Shown: in pieces, positions 20,338 through 30,176 of the stretch
How positions within the stretch are numbered: the first letter of the stretch is position 1
Layout: each line of letters starts with the position of its first letter
DNA from: an uncultured Bacteroidaceae bacterium
Lineage (GTDB): Bacteria; Bacteroidota; Bacteroidia; Bacteroidales; GCA-2748055
Assembly: GCA_964426915.1 (NCBI GenBank)
Contig: CAYRTD010000001.1
Coordinates: forward strand, 713 to 64,712
DNA length: 64,000 nt
Direction: 5' to 3'
The notes under the pieces: model-generated
Told to the model about the DNA's origin: nothing
The model's database searches: none
Seen by the model: the letters and a program-made list of their open reading frames with translations, nothing else
Made by a program: the position numbers and the translations under genes

Positions 20338-21123
20338 TTATTCAGGCATCCTCCAGCTAAAACCGAAACTTATAAAATAATCGGGACTGATCTCTGTTAT
20401 TCCAAAGCCTGCGGAAAGGTCAAGCTGGAAATTGGGTTTCAGGAGATAGGTTAGGCCTGCATCGGCTCTTACATCACCAATGGCATAGTAATTACGGTAG
20501 CCATACAATTCCCAGAATGAACCCAGCTTTTCTCCATGGGAAAAGCCTATAACAAAAGAATAAAACAGGTTTGTTTGCTCAAAACTGAAGTTGGACCATC
20601 GCAGGCCAATGTTTATGCCCAATGAAGCCCATTCCCGGGGGGACAATGTGCCTGCAAGTGTTATGTCAGGCATAGGTTTATCATCTCCTTCAATTGTAGA
20701 AAGAGAGGGTAATACAACATGCCCCATTAGGGCCAGTTCGGGTATAAGGCCGCCACCTTCCGTCAGTTTTACTTTGGCACCTACATATACGGGCTCAAGG
20801 TCAATATTTTTTTGGACTGTATCTGATCTCGGTCCGGTTTCGGTTGATTTTCTCATGACATCGGCCCCCAGCCGCAGTTCAAGCTTATCCAACAATCCGT
20901 ATCTTAGCAGGCTGTGATTTAATCCGAGATTTCTGTAGTAAACTATTTCACCCCTGAATTCGGTCTTCTCCGATTCAAAAGAAAATCCGCTTTCCCACTG
21001 AAGACTTTTTTTCGGAACTGTTGATGAGGACTCGGTCTGGTCGGGGCGGTCGGTGATAAGTTCTTGAGAATAAGCTGTAAACGATATGATGATGCAGCAT
21101 AAACTCAATAAATATTTTACCAT
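20338..21123 (-). CDS. Outer-membrane transporter-like beta-barrel (MetA-pathway/phenol-degradation-like family)
   Basis: A signal peptide is followed by 'ELITDRPDQTESSSTVPKKSLQWESGF', which is characteristic of that barrel family. The protein ends in an aromatic-rich strand. Confidence 0.6.
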   Translation of the reverse strand: MVKYLLSLCCIIISFTAYSQELITDRPDQTESSSTVPKKSLQWESGFSFESEKTEFRGEIVYYRNLGLNHSLLRYGLLDKLELRLGADVMRKSTETGPRSDTVQKNIDLEPVYVGAKVKLTEGGGLIPELALMGHVVLPSLSTIEGDDKPMPDITLAGTLSPREWASLGINIGLRWSNFSFEQTNLFYSFVIGFSHGEKLGSFWELYGYRNYYAIGDVRADAGLTYLLKPNFQLDLSAGFGITEISPDYFISFGFSWRMPE

Positions 21124-21239
21124 AGTTTTAATTTTTATTTTCCGGAAAAGAAACCGCCGGTTATCAGAAAATCATTAGCAAAATATTCTGTGCCGGATAC
21201 TGTTTTCTTTGACTGGTAGAAATTAATGCTGCAATTATT

Positions 21240-23456
21240 TCAGCACTTACATAACTGTTTAAGGATTTCTCTTATATTCATGTAATTATCAACATAATAT
21301 TTTGCCCGGGTAGATTTTGTACCTACTTTAATTGTTATAGCCTCATCAGGCATAGCCCTGAAGGTAAATTCATCGGTCCAGTCGTCTCCCATAGCAATTA
21401 TAAAATCATACTTTTTTCCCTGCAATCTTTTCTGCGCTGCCCGTCCCTTATTGATTCCGGAATTTTTAATTTCAATAACCTTATCACCATCCATGATCTC
21501 AAGATTCAGGTTGCTTACAAGGCTTTGCAACTCATCTTTGAGTTCCAGTGACCTTTGTACGCCGAGGTCCGGATCCGCATCCCGGTAATGCCAGACGAGA
21601 GAGTAATTCTTTTCCTCAATAAAACTTCCGGGTGTGCGATCGACATAAAATTCAATGGTAGGACGTATAATTTCCATCCAGTCTTTACTTATGGTTTCTA
21701 CCATATTCCAGTCTCCATCCACCTTTTTATACCACACGCCATGTTCGGCAATAAATCCTAAACGCCAATCCCCCTCAAACCATTTGGACAGGGTTTCTTT
21801 ATCTCTTCCGCTGATTATAACTACATCATTATCTTTATCTTCAGTAAGTTTCCTTATGATGGTGTATAATTGTTCATCAGGTTTTGCCTCCTGGGGATCA
21901 TTAAAGAAACCCTGGAGTGTACCATCATAGTCGAGGAAGATCATTCTTTTTTCTGCTGAGACAAAACGTTCTTCAATACCCCCTAAAATCTTCTCATTGA
22001 TTTTTCTTGTTAAATTAAATTCCTGCAACTTTTTTACAGATTCCAGACCTTTCAGGAAGTCAGTGGCCCATTTGTTTTCATTATATGTTGAAAGCCGCTT
22101 GCGCAATGCAGAGTTCATTTCTATTTTGTCTTCATCGGATAAAGACAGAGCCTTGTTAATAGCACTGGCGACTTCTTCCCGGTTATTTGGATTTACGATA
22201 AAGGCTTCACCAAGTTCCTTTGAGGATCCAGCCATCTCAGAAAGAATGAGTGCGGCTTTTTTATCAGGCCGACTGGCAAGATATTCTTTTGCTATGAGGC
22301 TAAGTCCGTCTCTGAATGGAGTAATAAGTGCCACATCTGAAGAAAGATATACCTGGATGATCTCATCAAAGTTCAGTTCTTTATAAAAATAAAAAATAGG
22401 AGTCCAGTCAACCGCTCCGAATTCCGAGTTTATCTTACCAACCTGCTGGTCCAGCTCCGATTTGATTTTCTGGTATTCAAAAGTGTTTTCGTTGGGAGGA
22501 GTAATATAAAAGAGAAGGGATACTTTGTGATGATATTTGGTATAGGTTTTCAGGAAATAACGAAAAGTTTTAAGCCGGTTTACCAGGCCTTTTGCAGAAT
22601 CAAGCCAGTCGATGGATAATATTATCTTATTTTTTTCATTTCCCCGTATATGTTTTTCAATCTGATCCTTAAAACTAACCAGTCCTTTGGGAGTTTTTTC
22701 CATTAATTTCCCGGCCCGGCTGTTGTATTTATCGAAATCAATTCCCATCGGGAAGTTATCGACCTTCAGCACTCTCTTTTCGTGTCTGATCTGGTTGAAA
22801 TAGCTCTCAATTCCGATAAGCCTCTTCACAGAACTTAAAAAGTGCCTTTCATAATCGTAGGTGTGGAACCCGATCATGTCGGCTCCAAGTAATCCTTCCA
22901 GGATTTCTATTCTTTGAGGAAGGAGGCGGAAAATCTCAAACGAAGGAAAGGGTATATGCTGAAAGTAACCGATACTTATATCCGGGAATCTTTCCCGGAT
23001 CATTTTTGGAAGGAGCATCAGGTGGTAATCATGTATCCAGATCTTATCGCCTTCTTCCACAAGTTTTTCCAGTTCATCACAATATTTTTCATTTACTTTT
23101 ACATAGCTTTCCCAGTCTTGTTTTTTGAAAGTTGCAATTTCATTTAAGTAGTGGAACAGTGGCCACAGGGTAGAATTTGCATAACCTTCAAGATATCTTT
23201 CCTTTTCTTTTTTACTGAGATAAACAGGATAGCATTTATGATCATTTAATTCTTTTTCTATTATCTCTTTTTCTTCCTGCGTAATTTTAATATTGTTGAG
23301 TCCTGAGGTTCCCAGCCAGGCTGAATGATTATTTTTGTAGAAATTTCTAAGTCCGCTGGCATAACCGCCAATCCTGCCGATGGTTTTTATTTCGTTCTTT
23401 TTGGATACTTTAACTTTTAAAGGCAAAAGGTTGGATACAAAAATGGTCTTACTCAT
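21240..23456 (-). CDS. otsAB: Bifunctional trehalose-6-phosphate synthase (GT20) / trehalose-6-phosphate phosphatase
   Basis: A 738-aa protein. The GT20 motif 'GYFQHIPFPSFEIFRLLP' sits in the N-terminal two thirds. The HAD motif 'MIFLDYDGTL' and 'MGDDWTDE' sit in the C-terminal third. Confidence 0.92.
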   Translation of the reverse strand: MSKTIFVSNLLPLKVKVSKKNEIKTIGRIGGYASGLRNFYKNNHSAWLGTSGLNNIKITQEEKEIIEKELNDHKCYPVYLSKKEKERYLEGYANSTLWPLFHYLNEIATFKKQDWESYVKVNEKYCDELEKLVEEGDKIWIHDYHLMLLPKMIRERFPDISIGYFQHIPFPSFEIFRLLPQRIEILEGLLGADMIGFHTYDYERHFLSSVKRLIGIESYFNQIRHEKRVLKVDNFPMGIDFDKYNSRAGKLMEKTPKGLVSFKDQIEKHIRGNEKNKIILSIDWLDSAKGLVNRLKTFRYFLKTYTKYHHKVSLLFYITPPNENTFEYQKIKSELDQQVGKINSEFGAVDWTPIFYFYKELNFDEIIQVYLSSDVALITPFRDGLSLIAKEYLASRPDKKAALILSEMAGSSKELGEAFIVNPNNREEVASAINKALSLSDEDKIEMNSALRKRLSTYNENKWATDFLKGLESVKKLQEFNLTRKINEKILGGIEERFVSAEKRMIFLDYDGTLQGFFNDPQEAKPDEQLYTIIRKLTEDKDNDVVIISGRDKETLSKWFEGDWRLGFIAEHGVWYKKVDGDWNMVETISKDWMEIIRPTIEFYVDRTPGSFIEEKNYSLVWHYRDADPDLGVQRSLELKDELQSLVSNLNLEIMDGDKVIEIKNSGINKGRAAQKRLQGKKYDFIIAMGDDWTDEFTFRAMPDEAITIKVGTKSTRAKYYVDNYMNIREILKQLCKC

Positions 23457-23615
23457 AGCTTCAGATTTATAATAAAAAAACTAATCTAAATAAATAAAAA
23501 AAATGGGATCTTCAAATTATTTCTGTTGTATTCCCAATCAATGTTTGTTTTGCTAACGTTTTTAATATTCTTATTGTTTGTATTTTTTTGCCGGCAATTT
23601 CATTTTTTTAAATCC

Positions 23616-23652
23616 CTGAGACACTGATTTCGAAATCCCGATTCTTCAGGGT
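23616..23652. promoter_or_regulatory. Two TTCGAA-centred perfect palindromes in the divergent trehalose promoter region (candidate operators)
   Basis: 'gatttcgaaatc' (23616-23627) and 'gattcgaatc' (23643-23652) lie inside the 542-bp gap between the divergently transcribed otsAB and GH65 genes. Confidence 0.25.
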
Positions 23653-23998
23653 GATTCGAATCTCATCAGCTTGCTGCGAGAATTCTGATGATCCGGGGAT
23701 GTTAATTCTCCGTTTGCTTTGTATCATTTTTCAATAAACAGATGGCAGAAAGGCGTACCCCGACCTTAATTTATTGCCAAAGTAATCAAATACAAATCAG
23801 ACTTCTCACAATCTTCAAATTTCTTAATACCGAACCACTCTCTGTCTTTTCATGGTGGTTGTGCCTTGTTATTTTCCTGGTTATTCTGTGTTTTCATGCG
23901 GGGTTTTCATAATTTTATTTTTCATTCCCGGGTTTTGGCCTTCCTGTTTAATATAATTCCTTATTTTTGTATAAATCTAAACGAAAAATCTCATATTT

Positions 23999-26900
23999 AT
24001 GGCCAAACATAGTTTCGATGCAGTCATTTTTGATCTTGATGGAGTAATTACCAGAACTGCTCAGGTTCATTCACGGGCATGGACAAGGATGTTCAATGAT
24101 TTCCTTAAAGCAAGAGAGGAGAAACATGGTGAAGAGTACAGAGAATTTACGCATGAAGGAGATTACCTGCCACATGTAGATGGTAAGCCTCGTTATAAGG
24201 GAGTTGCGGACTTTCTGAAATCCAGAAAAATCGATATTCCATTTGGTGATCCTTCCGATGATCCGGAAAAAGAAACGGTCTGCGGTCTTGGAAACCGTAA
24301 GAATGAGTATTTTACCGACATTCTTGAGAAAGACGGTGTTGAGGTTTATGAAAGTACTGTTGAACTAATAAAGAATTTACAGAAGGAAGATATCAGACTC
24401 GGAGTGGCATCGTCCAGTAAAAATTGTAAAAAGGTCCTGGAGGTTTCAGGTCTGTCAGAGTATTTCGAAACCCGGGTTGATGGACTCGTCTCTGCTGAGA
24501 TAGGCCTCAAGGGAAAACCCGAACCCGACATATTTACCACTGCCTGTGATAATCTTGGTGTATCATACGATCGTTCTGTAGTTGTTGAAGATGCGGTAAG
24601 CGGGGTGATGGCGGGACAAAAAGGGGGGTTTGGATTAACGCTCGGACTGGACCGTGAAGGCAACCGGGCTGCATTGGAGAAAAATGGTGCAGATATTGTT
24701 CTTGATGATATTTCAGAATTAGGGGGTATTCCTGCATTGGATAAATGGTTTGAAACAAGAGCCAAAGAACTCAAATGGAACTTACTCTATAATGTTTATG
24801 ATAAAGAAAATGAGAAATCCAGAGAGGCGTTGCTAACCACTGGAAATGGTTTCTTTGCAACACGTGGAGCAATGGAAGAAGTCAAGGCAGGGGAGAACAA
24901 TTACCCCGGAAGTTATATGGCCGGATTATACAACAGGAGAAAATCAAAGGTAGAGGACCGGTGGATAGAAAATGAGGATTTTGTTAATTTTATCAATTGG
25001 TTGCCTGTTAGTTTCAGAATCGAAGGCGGTGATTGGTTCAATCCGGACAAACACGATTTCAATCTTGAGGAAAGAAGACTTGATCTCAAAACAGGTATAC
25101 TTTACAGATCGCTTATAGTTAATCACAAGGATGGGAAGAAAACCCGGGTTGAATCCTCCCGTTTTGTAAGCATGGCAAATCCTCATCTCGCAGGTCTTGA
25201 ATACAAGGTGATTCCGCTTAATTATTCCGAAACTGTTGAATTTTTCTGCGGTATCGACGGTGATCTGATAAATGATGGTGTTGCCCGTTACAGGGATCTG
25301 GATCAGCATCATCTGGACCAGGTCGATCAGGGTAGAATGAATGATCTGGGATACGTTACTGTTAAAACCAATCAGTCTGATATTACCATCTCTGTAGCAG
25401 AAAAAGTATTACTTACCAGAGGTCCCCAGGAAATTCCACTGGAGGAGTTTAAGACTGAAAAAGGTAAGATTAACTCTTACTTCAGGGTCAGTCTGAAAAA
25501 AGGGGAGAGCGGTGTACTCAGAAAGCTTATTTCGATTAATAACTCCAGGGATTTTGAAACCTACAATCCCCTGGGTGCCTCTATCGAGCAACTTTCCGGT
25601 ATACAATCCTGGGATGCAGTTCTTTCCGACAGCATAGATGCATGGGCCGGTATCTGGGATAAGGCAGATCTTGAGATTTCGGGTGATCGCTATAGTCAGA
25701 TGCTTCTCAGGCTTCATATATTTCATCTGTATACAACTGCAAGCCCTCATTATAAAGATCTTGATTTTGGAATTCCCGCACGGGGCCTTCATGGTGAAGC
25801 CTACAGAGGCCATATTTTCTGGGATGAGCTGTATGCACTGCCGTTTTTCGTTGGAAATAGTCCCGAAATAGCACGGACAGTGTTAATGTATCGTTACCGG
25901 CGAATTGATAAAGCACGAAAATATGCAAAAGAACACGGTTATGAAGGAATAATGTTTCCCTGGCAAAGTGGAAGCGACGGAAGAGAAGAATCACAGGTTG
26001 TTCACCTTAATCCGGTATCCGGTGAATGGGGCCCGGATTACAGTTCCTTGCAAAGGCATATATCGGTGGCTGTTGCCTATAATATCTGGGAATATTACCA
26101 GATATCGGGTGATCAGGATTTTATGAATTCATTTGGCGCTGAGATGTTTTTTGGAATATGCAGATTCTGGGCGAGTAAATGTGACAAGGATGAAGAAAGT
26201 GGCAGGTATTCCATTCATAAGGTTATGGGGCCTGATGAATTTCATGAGAAGCTTCCCGATGATGAGGAAGGGGGAGTTAAAGATAATGCTTATACCAATA
26301 TAATGGTGGTTTGGTGTATGAAACATGCCTTTGATATTATGGATCAACTGGATCTGGATGAGAGGAAAAGGGTAGTGGACAAAATCGTTCTTAAAAAAGA
26401 AGAGCTTGTAAAATGGAAGGATATTTCTTCAAATATGAATGTCAATATTAATGAGGATGGCATCATTGAACAGTTTGAGGGCTATTTTGGACTCAAGGAA
26501 CTTAACTGGGACAAGTATCGTGAAAAGTATGATGATATTCATCGGATGGACAGGATATTAAAGGCAGAAGGAAAATCACCTGATGATTATAAAGTTGCAA
26601 AACAGGCGGATGTTTTGATGACCTATTATAACATTGATCCTTCTGAAGTTCATTCCCTTTTGAAGGAGATGGGTTATAAGGTATCCGGGGATATGCTAAA
26701 GAAAAATTTCGATTATTATTTGGAAAGAACTTCTCATGGCTCTACCCTGAGTCGTGTTGTTCACGCCTATCTTGCTAAGCTAACCGGTAATAATACCATG
26801 TGCTGGGATATGTACCTCGATGCCCTGCAGAGCGATTATGTGGACATACAGGGGGGTACGACCGCTGAAGGAATCCATATGGGGGTTATGGGAGGAACTG

Positions 26901-27154
26901 TCCTCTCAGCGATAAGTATTTTTGCCGGACTGAACTGGCAGGCGGAAGCTTTACGTCTTGACCCTGATCTGCCACAGGGCTGGAAGGAAATTAAGTTCAG
27001 TTTTAGATTCAAAGGCGGGGATTATTTTTTCACCATTGGAAACAAAAAGGTTAAGGTAGCGTACAAGAGTGAAAATACAGACGAAGTAAGAATCTTTATT
27101 CGTGGTATGAAGTTTGTGTTGTCTAATGACAAAATTATTGAAACAGAATTATAG
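23999..27154 (+). CDS. Fusion protein: beta-phosphoglucomutase-family HAD hydrolase + glycoside hydrolase family 65 disaccharide phosphorylase
   Basis: A 1051-aa protein. The N-terminal 'AVIFDLDGVITRT' (DxDG) and 'VEDAVSGVMAG' are beta-PGM-like. The remainder has GH65-type 'HGEAYRGHIFWDE' and 'VMGPDEFHEK' (catalytic-acid region). Confidence 0.88.
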   Translation: MAKHSFDAVIFDLDGVITRTAQVHSRAWTRMFNDFLKAREEKHGEEYREFTHEGDYLPHVDGKPRYKGVADFLKSRKIDIPFGDPSDDPEKETVCGLGNRKNEYFTDILEKDGVEVYESTVELIKNLQKEDIRLGVASSSKNCKKVLEVSGLSEYFETRVDGLVSAEIGLKGKPEPDIFTTACDNLGVSYDRSVVVEDAVSGVMAGQKGGFGLTLGLDREGNRAALEKNGADIVLDDISELGGIPALDKWFETRAKELKWNLLYNVYDKENEKSREALLTTGNGFFATRGAMEEVKAGENNYPGSYMAGLYNRRKSKVEDRWIENEDFVNFINWLPVSFRIEGGDWFNPDKHDFNLEERRLDLKTGILYRSLIVNHKDGKKTRVESSRFVSMANPHLAGLEYKVIPLNYSETVEFFCGIDGDLINDGVARYRDLDQHHLDQVDQGRMNDLGYVTVKTNQSDITISVAEKVLLTRGPQEIPLEEFKTEKGKINSYFRVSLKKGESGVLRKLISINNSRDFETYNPLGASIEQLSGIQSWDAVLSDSIDAWAGIWDKADLEISGDRYSQMLLRLHIFHLYTTASPHYKDLDFGIPARGLHGEAYRGHIFWDELYALPFFVGNSPEIARTVLMYRYRRIDKARKYAKEHGYEGIMFPWQSGSDGREESQVVHLNPVSGEWGPDYSSLQRHISVAVAYNIWEYYQISGDQDFMNSFGAEMFFGICRFWASKCDKDEESGRYSIHKVMGPDEFHEKLPDDEEGGVKDNAYTNIMVVWCMKHAFDIMDQLDLDERKRVVDKIVLKKEELVKWKDISSNMNVNINEDGIIEQFEGYFGLKELNWDKYREKYDDIHRMDRILKAEGKSPDDYKVAKQADVLMTYYNIDPSEVHSLLKEMGYKVSGDMLKKNFDYYLERTSHGSTLSRVVHAYLAKLTGNNTMCWDMYLDALQSDYVDIQGGTTAEGIHMGVMGGTVLSAISIFAGLNWQAEALRLDPDLPQGWKEIKFSFRFKGGDYFFTIGNKKVKVAYKSENTDEVRIFIRGMKFVLSNDKIIETEL

Positions 27155-27158
27155 TTTT

Positions 27159-27340
27159 CTTATTTAGAGTCTGTCAATAGAGTCTGGTGTCTGGATCATA
27201 ATGTTCGAGATCAAGGCTTGCGACCGCGTGTCGCTGAAGCTTTAGCGGAGGCACAAGCCGGAAAAAGCGGAGTTTACTCGTGTAAATGAGCATTTTTCCG
27301 GCGAGCATAACGCAGATATCGGACATTATGGACAGACACT
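27159..27340. repeat. Intergenic mosaic repeat, copy B: MITE-like unit with imperfect terminal inverted repeats
   Basis: The left end 'ggtgtctggatcataatgttcgagatc' (27187-27213) is an imperfect inverted copy of the right end 'gatatcggacattatggacagacact' (27315-27340). The internal 56-nt module is shared with copy A. 'cttatttagagtctgtc' (27159-27175) is identical to 56012-56028. Confidence 0.8.
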
Positions 27341-27397
27341 ATTTATACACGATCCTTGATTCTGTCAGAGTTTATACGATAATCAATTTTTAATTTT

Positions 27398-28063
27398 ATG
27401 TTAGGTGATATTCTTCTTATAAAAGATATACACAAGGCTGCAGCAGAGGCAATTGCGAAAAGAGTTTATGAGGACAGGGACACAAAACCCAGATCTTACA
27501 AATATATCGTTGCGATTTCCGGTGAATCCGGAGCCGGAAAATCGGAAGTCAGCCATTCACTGGCAAAAATCCTCAAAGACGCTCATGTGAGGGTGAAAGT
27601 CTTACACACGGATAATTACTATAAAGTTCCCCCTTTGCTCAGACCGGAGTGGCGAAGAACCAAAGGAATTGAGAGTGTCGGCCATAATGAATATGACTGG
27701 AATCTTATTCACAGGAATATACAGGATTTTAAAGAGGACCGTGAATCCATGATGCCCTGCATTGACATTATTCCGGAACAGGTTGATAAGCTTATTACGG
27801 ATTTCAAGAAAATTGATGTCCTTGTAATTGATGGCCTTTATGCCCTCAAAGCCGAAGGAATTGATATGCGTGTTTTCATCGATCTTACTTTTCACGAAAC
27901 AAAAATTACCCAGATAATTCGCGGTAAGGAAAACATGGATGATTTCAGGTTAAAAGTACTTGAAAAGGAACATCAGAATGTCGTTGCCCTTAAACCGCTG
28001 GCCGATTTGATCATTGATAAGTCTTACCAGGTGGTGGATGCGAAAACCAAAGAAATGGTGTGA
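27398..28063 (+). CDS. P-loop kinase of the uridine kinase/phosphoribulokinase family
   Basis: It has the Walker A motif 'ISGESGAGKSEVSHSL' and 'LHTDNYYK', and is 221 aa long. The substrate is unknown. Confidence 0.6.
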   Translation: MLGDILLIKDIHKAAAEAIAKRVYEDRDTKPRSYKYIVAISGESGAGKSEVSHSLAKILKDAHVRVKVLHTDNYYKVPPLLRPEWRRTKGIESVGHNEYDWNLIHRNIQDFKEDRESMMPCIDIIPEQVDKLITDFKKIDVLVIDGLYALKAEGIDMRVFIDLTFHETKITQIIRGKENMDDFRLKVLEKEHQNVVALKPLADLIIDKSYQVVDAKTKEMV

Positions 28064-28082
28064 GGCTGTCAAAAAAGTGTTT

Positions 28083-30176
28083 TCACATTCTTAATCCTAT
28101 CATCAACACATCATCCACCTGAAAATAGTCCCCTTTCCAGTCTTTGAAAGATGCAGTCAGATGTTTGTACTGTTCCGGCATGCTTAAAGGATGAATGTCA
28201 AGGAGTATATCTTTTAATCTCTTTGTAAGGAACTTTTTCCCCAGGCTGCCTCCGAACTGATCAATAAACCCATCGGTGAAAATATAATAAATATCATCTT
28301 TTTTAAGCTCGATTTCATGCAGGGTAAAAGAGTCCATTTTCTGATAGTAGGCAACAGGCATTTTATCCGCCCTTACGATCTGTAACTCCTCGTTCCTGAT
28401 AAGGTATAATGAATTAAAAGCTCCGGCAAAAAAGACCCGTTTTTTGACTTTATCGAAAGTCAATACAGACATGTCCATCCCGTCCATAGTCTCAAATTCA
28501 TCATCCCCCCTGTTTAAGGATCCGGTGATCTTTTCTCTCAGAGTATCAAGGATCTCATTGGGTCTATAAATCTTTTGCTTGTTCACGATCTCATTAAGAA
28601 AAGCAATTCCGTACATGCTCATAAAGGCGCCGGGAACTCCATGGCCCGTGGAATCTGCTGCAATGATAATAATCTTATCGTCTACTTCACCAAACCAGTA
28701 AAAATCGCCGCTAACAATGTCCCTGGGTTCATAAAGAATAAAATAGTCATTGCTAAGCTTTTCAATTATCCTGCGAGACGGGAAACTCGCATTTTGTATT
28801 CTTTTGGCATACTCAATACTGTCTTTAATCTCTTTATTCCTGATCTCAAGCAATTCTTTCTGTTGTTCAACCACAGTATTCTTTTCCATCAGAGCGGAAT
28901 TTGCATGCCTCAGCTCATGAGTTCTTTTTTCAACTTTATTTTCCAGCTCAGTGGTAAGGTTGTCCTTTAACTTCAGATTAACCTCCAGTTGATTAATATA
29001 GCTTTGCTGAAATTTTAGTTTTTGTTTATCCAGAATCTTTATTTCTTCAGCGAGACCAATGGTAAATATAAATCCCTGTATCACAGAGCCAATTACGACC
29101 GGAAACCGGTTGTCGAGAAAAAGGTTGATGCCAAGTGATACAACAACCACAAGATTTGCTATGAGAAAAAACTTGGCCTTAGGTTCCTTCCGGAACAGAA
29201 TAATTGATTCTATAACCCCCATTATTGCCGCAATTACAAAAAAGAACAGTGAAGAGAATGCCAGAAAGCTGTTATAGAAGCGTTCAATATATACAGTGAG
29301 GTAATAGTAAGGAATGGAAAGTGCCAGAAAAAACATTACCACATTGGTCATAGTATTCCAACCGGGAAGGTTTTTGTCCAGTTGAAGATACTTTTTACTA
29401 ACCTGCAGGAAAAATATTAATGTGAGGAAATATACCGGCATACCAAGGGGGATTCTCAGTAATTTCCTTATGATAAATTCATCGTAAAATCCCAGGTAGG
29501 AAAAGGAGAAAAATAATAAACTCAGTAAATACAGAAAAAGACTTATAAATGAACTTCTTTTCAGACTTATACCGAGTATCAGGTTGAGAAATGCTGAAAA
29601 TAAAAGTAAACCCAGCAGAAGTGAATGGAAAAATCTGCTTGAGAATTCTTTTTCCAGGAACAAGCTGTAATTGTGTATCCGGAATTTCAGATCCCGACTG
29701 ATGTTGTAGGTCTTGAGATCCGGTATTCTGACTTTAAGGTATAAGCTTTGCTGTTCACCGGGATGTAAATTTATTCTTCCGAAAAGCTTCAGTCCCCTGA
29801 TATATAATTCTTCTCCCTGCCTTAATTTTCCCGTTTTATCAAAGTAAAACAATTTCGCAGAATCTGCGGCATTGAGAGAAAGGCTGATTTCTATGGGAAC
29901 AGAATCCCTGTTTTCGATAATGAATTTAAAAAAAGTAGGATTTTCAAGGATGAAGCTATCCCTGGATAGGACTTTTTCCCATTTTATGAAATTCAGGCCG
30001 GGAAGATCTTCCGGATGGAAACTATCCGGAAGGCTTATGATTACTGCTTGATAGTTATTATCAACGTCTATCCGCTTTAATTTCTTATCTACAAAAATAG
30101 TGTCTTGCCCGTGCAGGATAAAAGGACATCCATACATTAAAACAAAAAAAAGAATATGAATAATTAATCTATACAT
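28083..30176 (-). CDS. 7TM-receptor (7TMR-DISM-like) sensor fused to a PP2C/SpoIIE-family phosphatase
   Basis: It has a signal peptide plus extracellular domain, 7 hydrophobic helices, a coiled coil and a C-terminal 'GDFYWF...IIIAADSTGHGVPGAFMSM' SpoIIE/PP2C domain. Confidence 0.82.
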   Translation of the reverse strand: MYRLIIHILFFVLMYGCPFILHGQDTIFVDKKLKRIDVDNNYQAVIISLPDSFHPEDLPGLNFIKWEKVLSRDSFILENPTFFKFIIENRDSVPIEISLSLNAADSAKLFYFDKTGKLRQGEELYIRGLKLFGRINLHPGEQQSLYLKVRIPDLKTYNISRDLKFRIHNYSLFLEKEFSSRFFHSLLLGLLLFSAFLNLILGISLKRSSFISLFLYLLSLLFFSFSYLGFYDEFIIRKLLRIPLGMPVYFLTLIFFLQVSKKYLQLDKNLPGWNTMTNVVMFFLALSIPYYYLTVYIERFYNSFLAFSSLFFFVIAAIMGVIESIILFRKEPKAKFFLIANLVVVVSLGINLFLDNRFPVVIGSVIQGFIFTIGLAEEIKILDKQKLKFQQSYINQLEVNLKLKDNLTTELENKVEKRTHELRHANSALMEKNTVVEQQKELLEIRNKEIKDSIEYAKRIQNASFPSRRIIEKLSNDYFILYEPRDIVSGDFYWFGEVDDKIIIIAADSTGHGVPGAFMSMYGIAFLNEIVNKQKIYRPNEILDTLREKITGSLNRGDDEFETMDGMDMSVLTFDKVKKRVFFAGAFNSLYLIRNEELQIVRADKMPVAYYQKMDSFTLHEIELKKDDIYYIFTDGFIDQFGGSLGKKFLTKRLKDILLDIHPLSMPEQYKHLTASFKDWKGDYFQVDDVLMIGLRM

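Noticed and set aside
23641-23660. 'ggtgattcgaatctcatc' resembles a tRNA T-arm (GGTTCGAATCC).
   Set aside because: The flanking sequence can form no acceptor stem, anticodon arm or D-arm. The match is only to the TTCGAAT loop, which I treat instead as a short palindrome.
23640-23710. Possible extra degenerate copy of the mosaic repeat in the trehalose control region ('atctcatcagc...' shared with 8246-8260).
   Set aside because: Only an 11-nt exact match with weak flanking similarity, which is within chance expectation.
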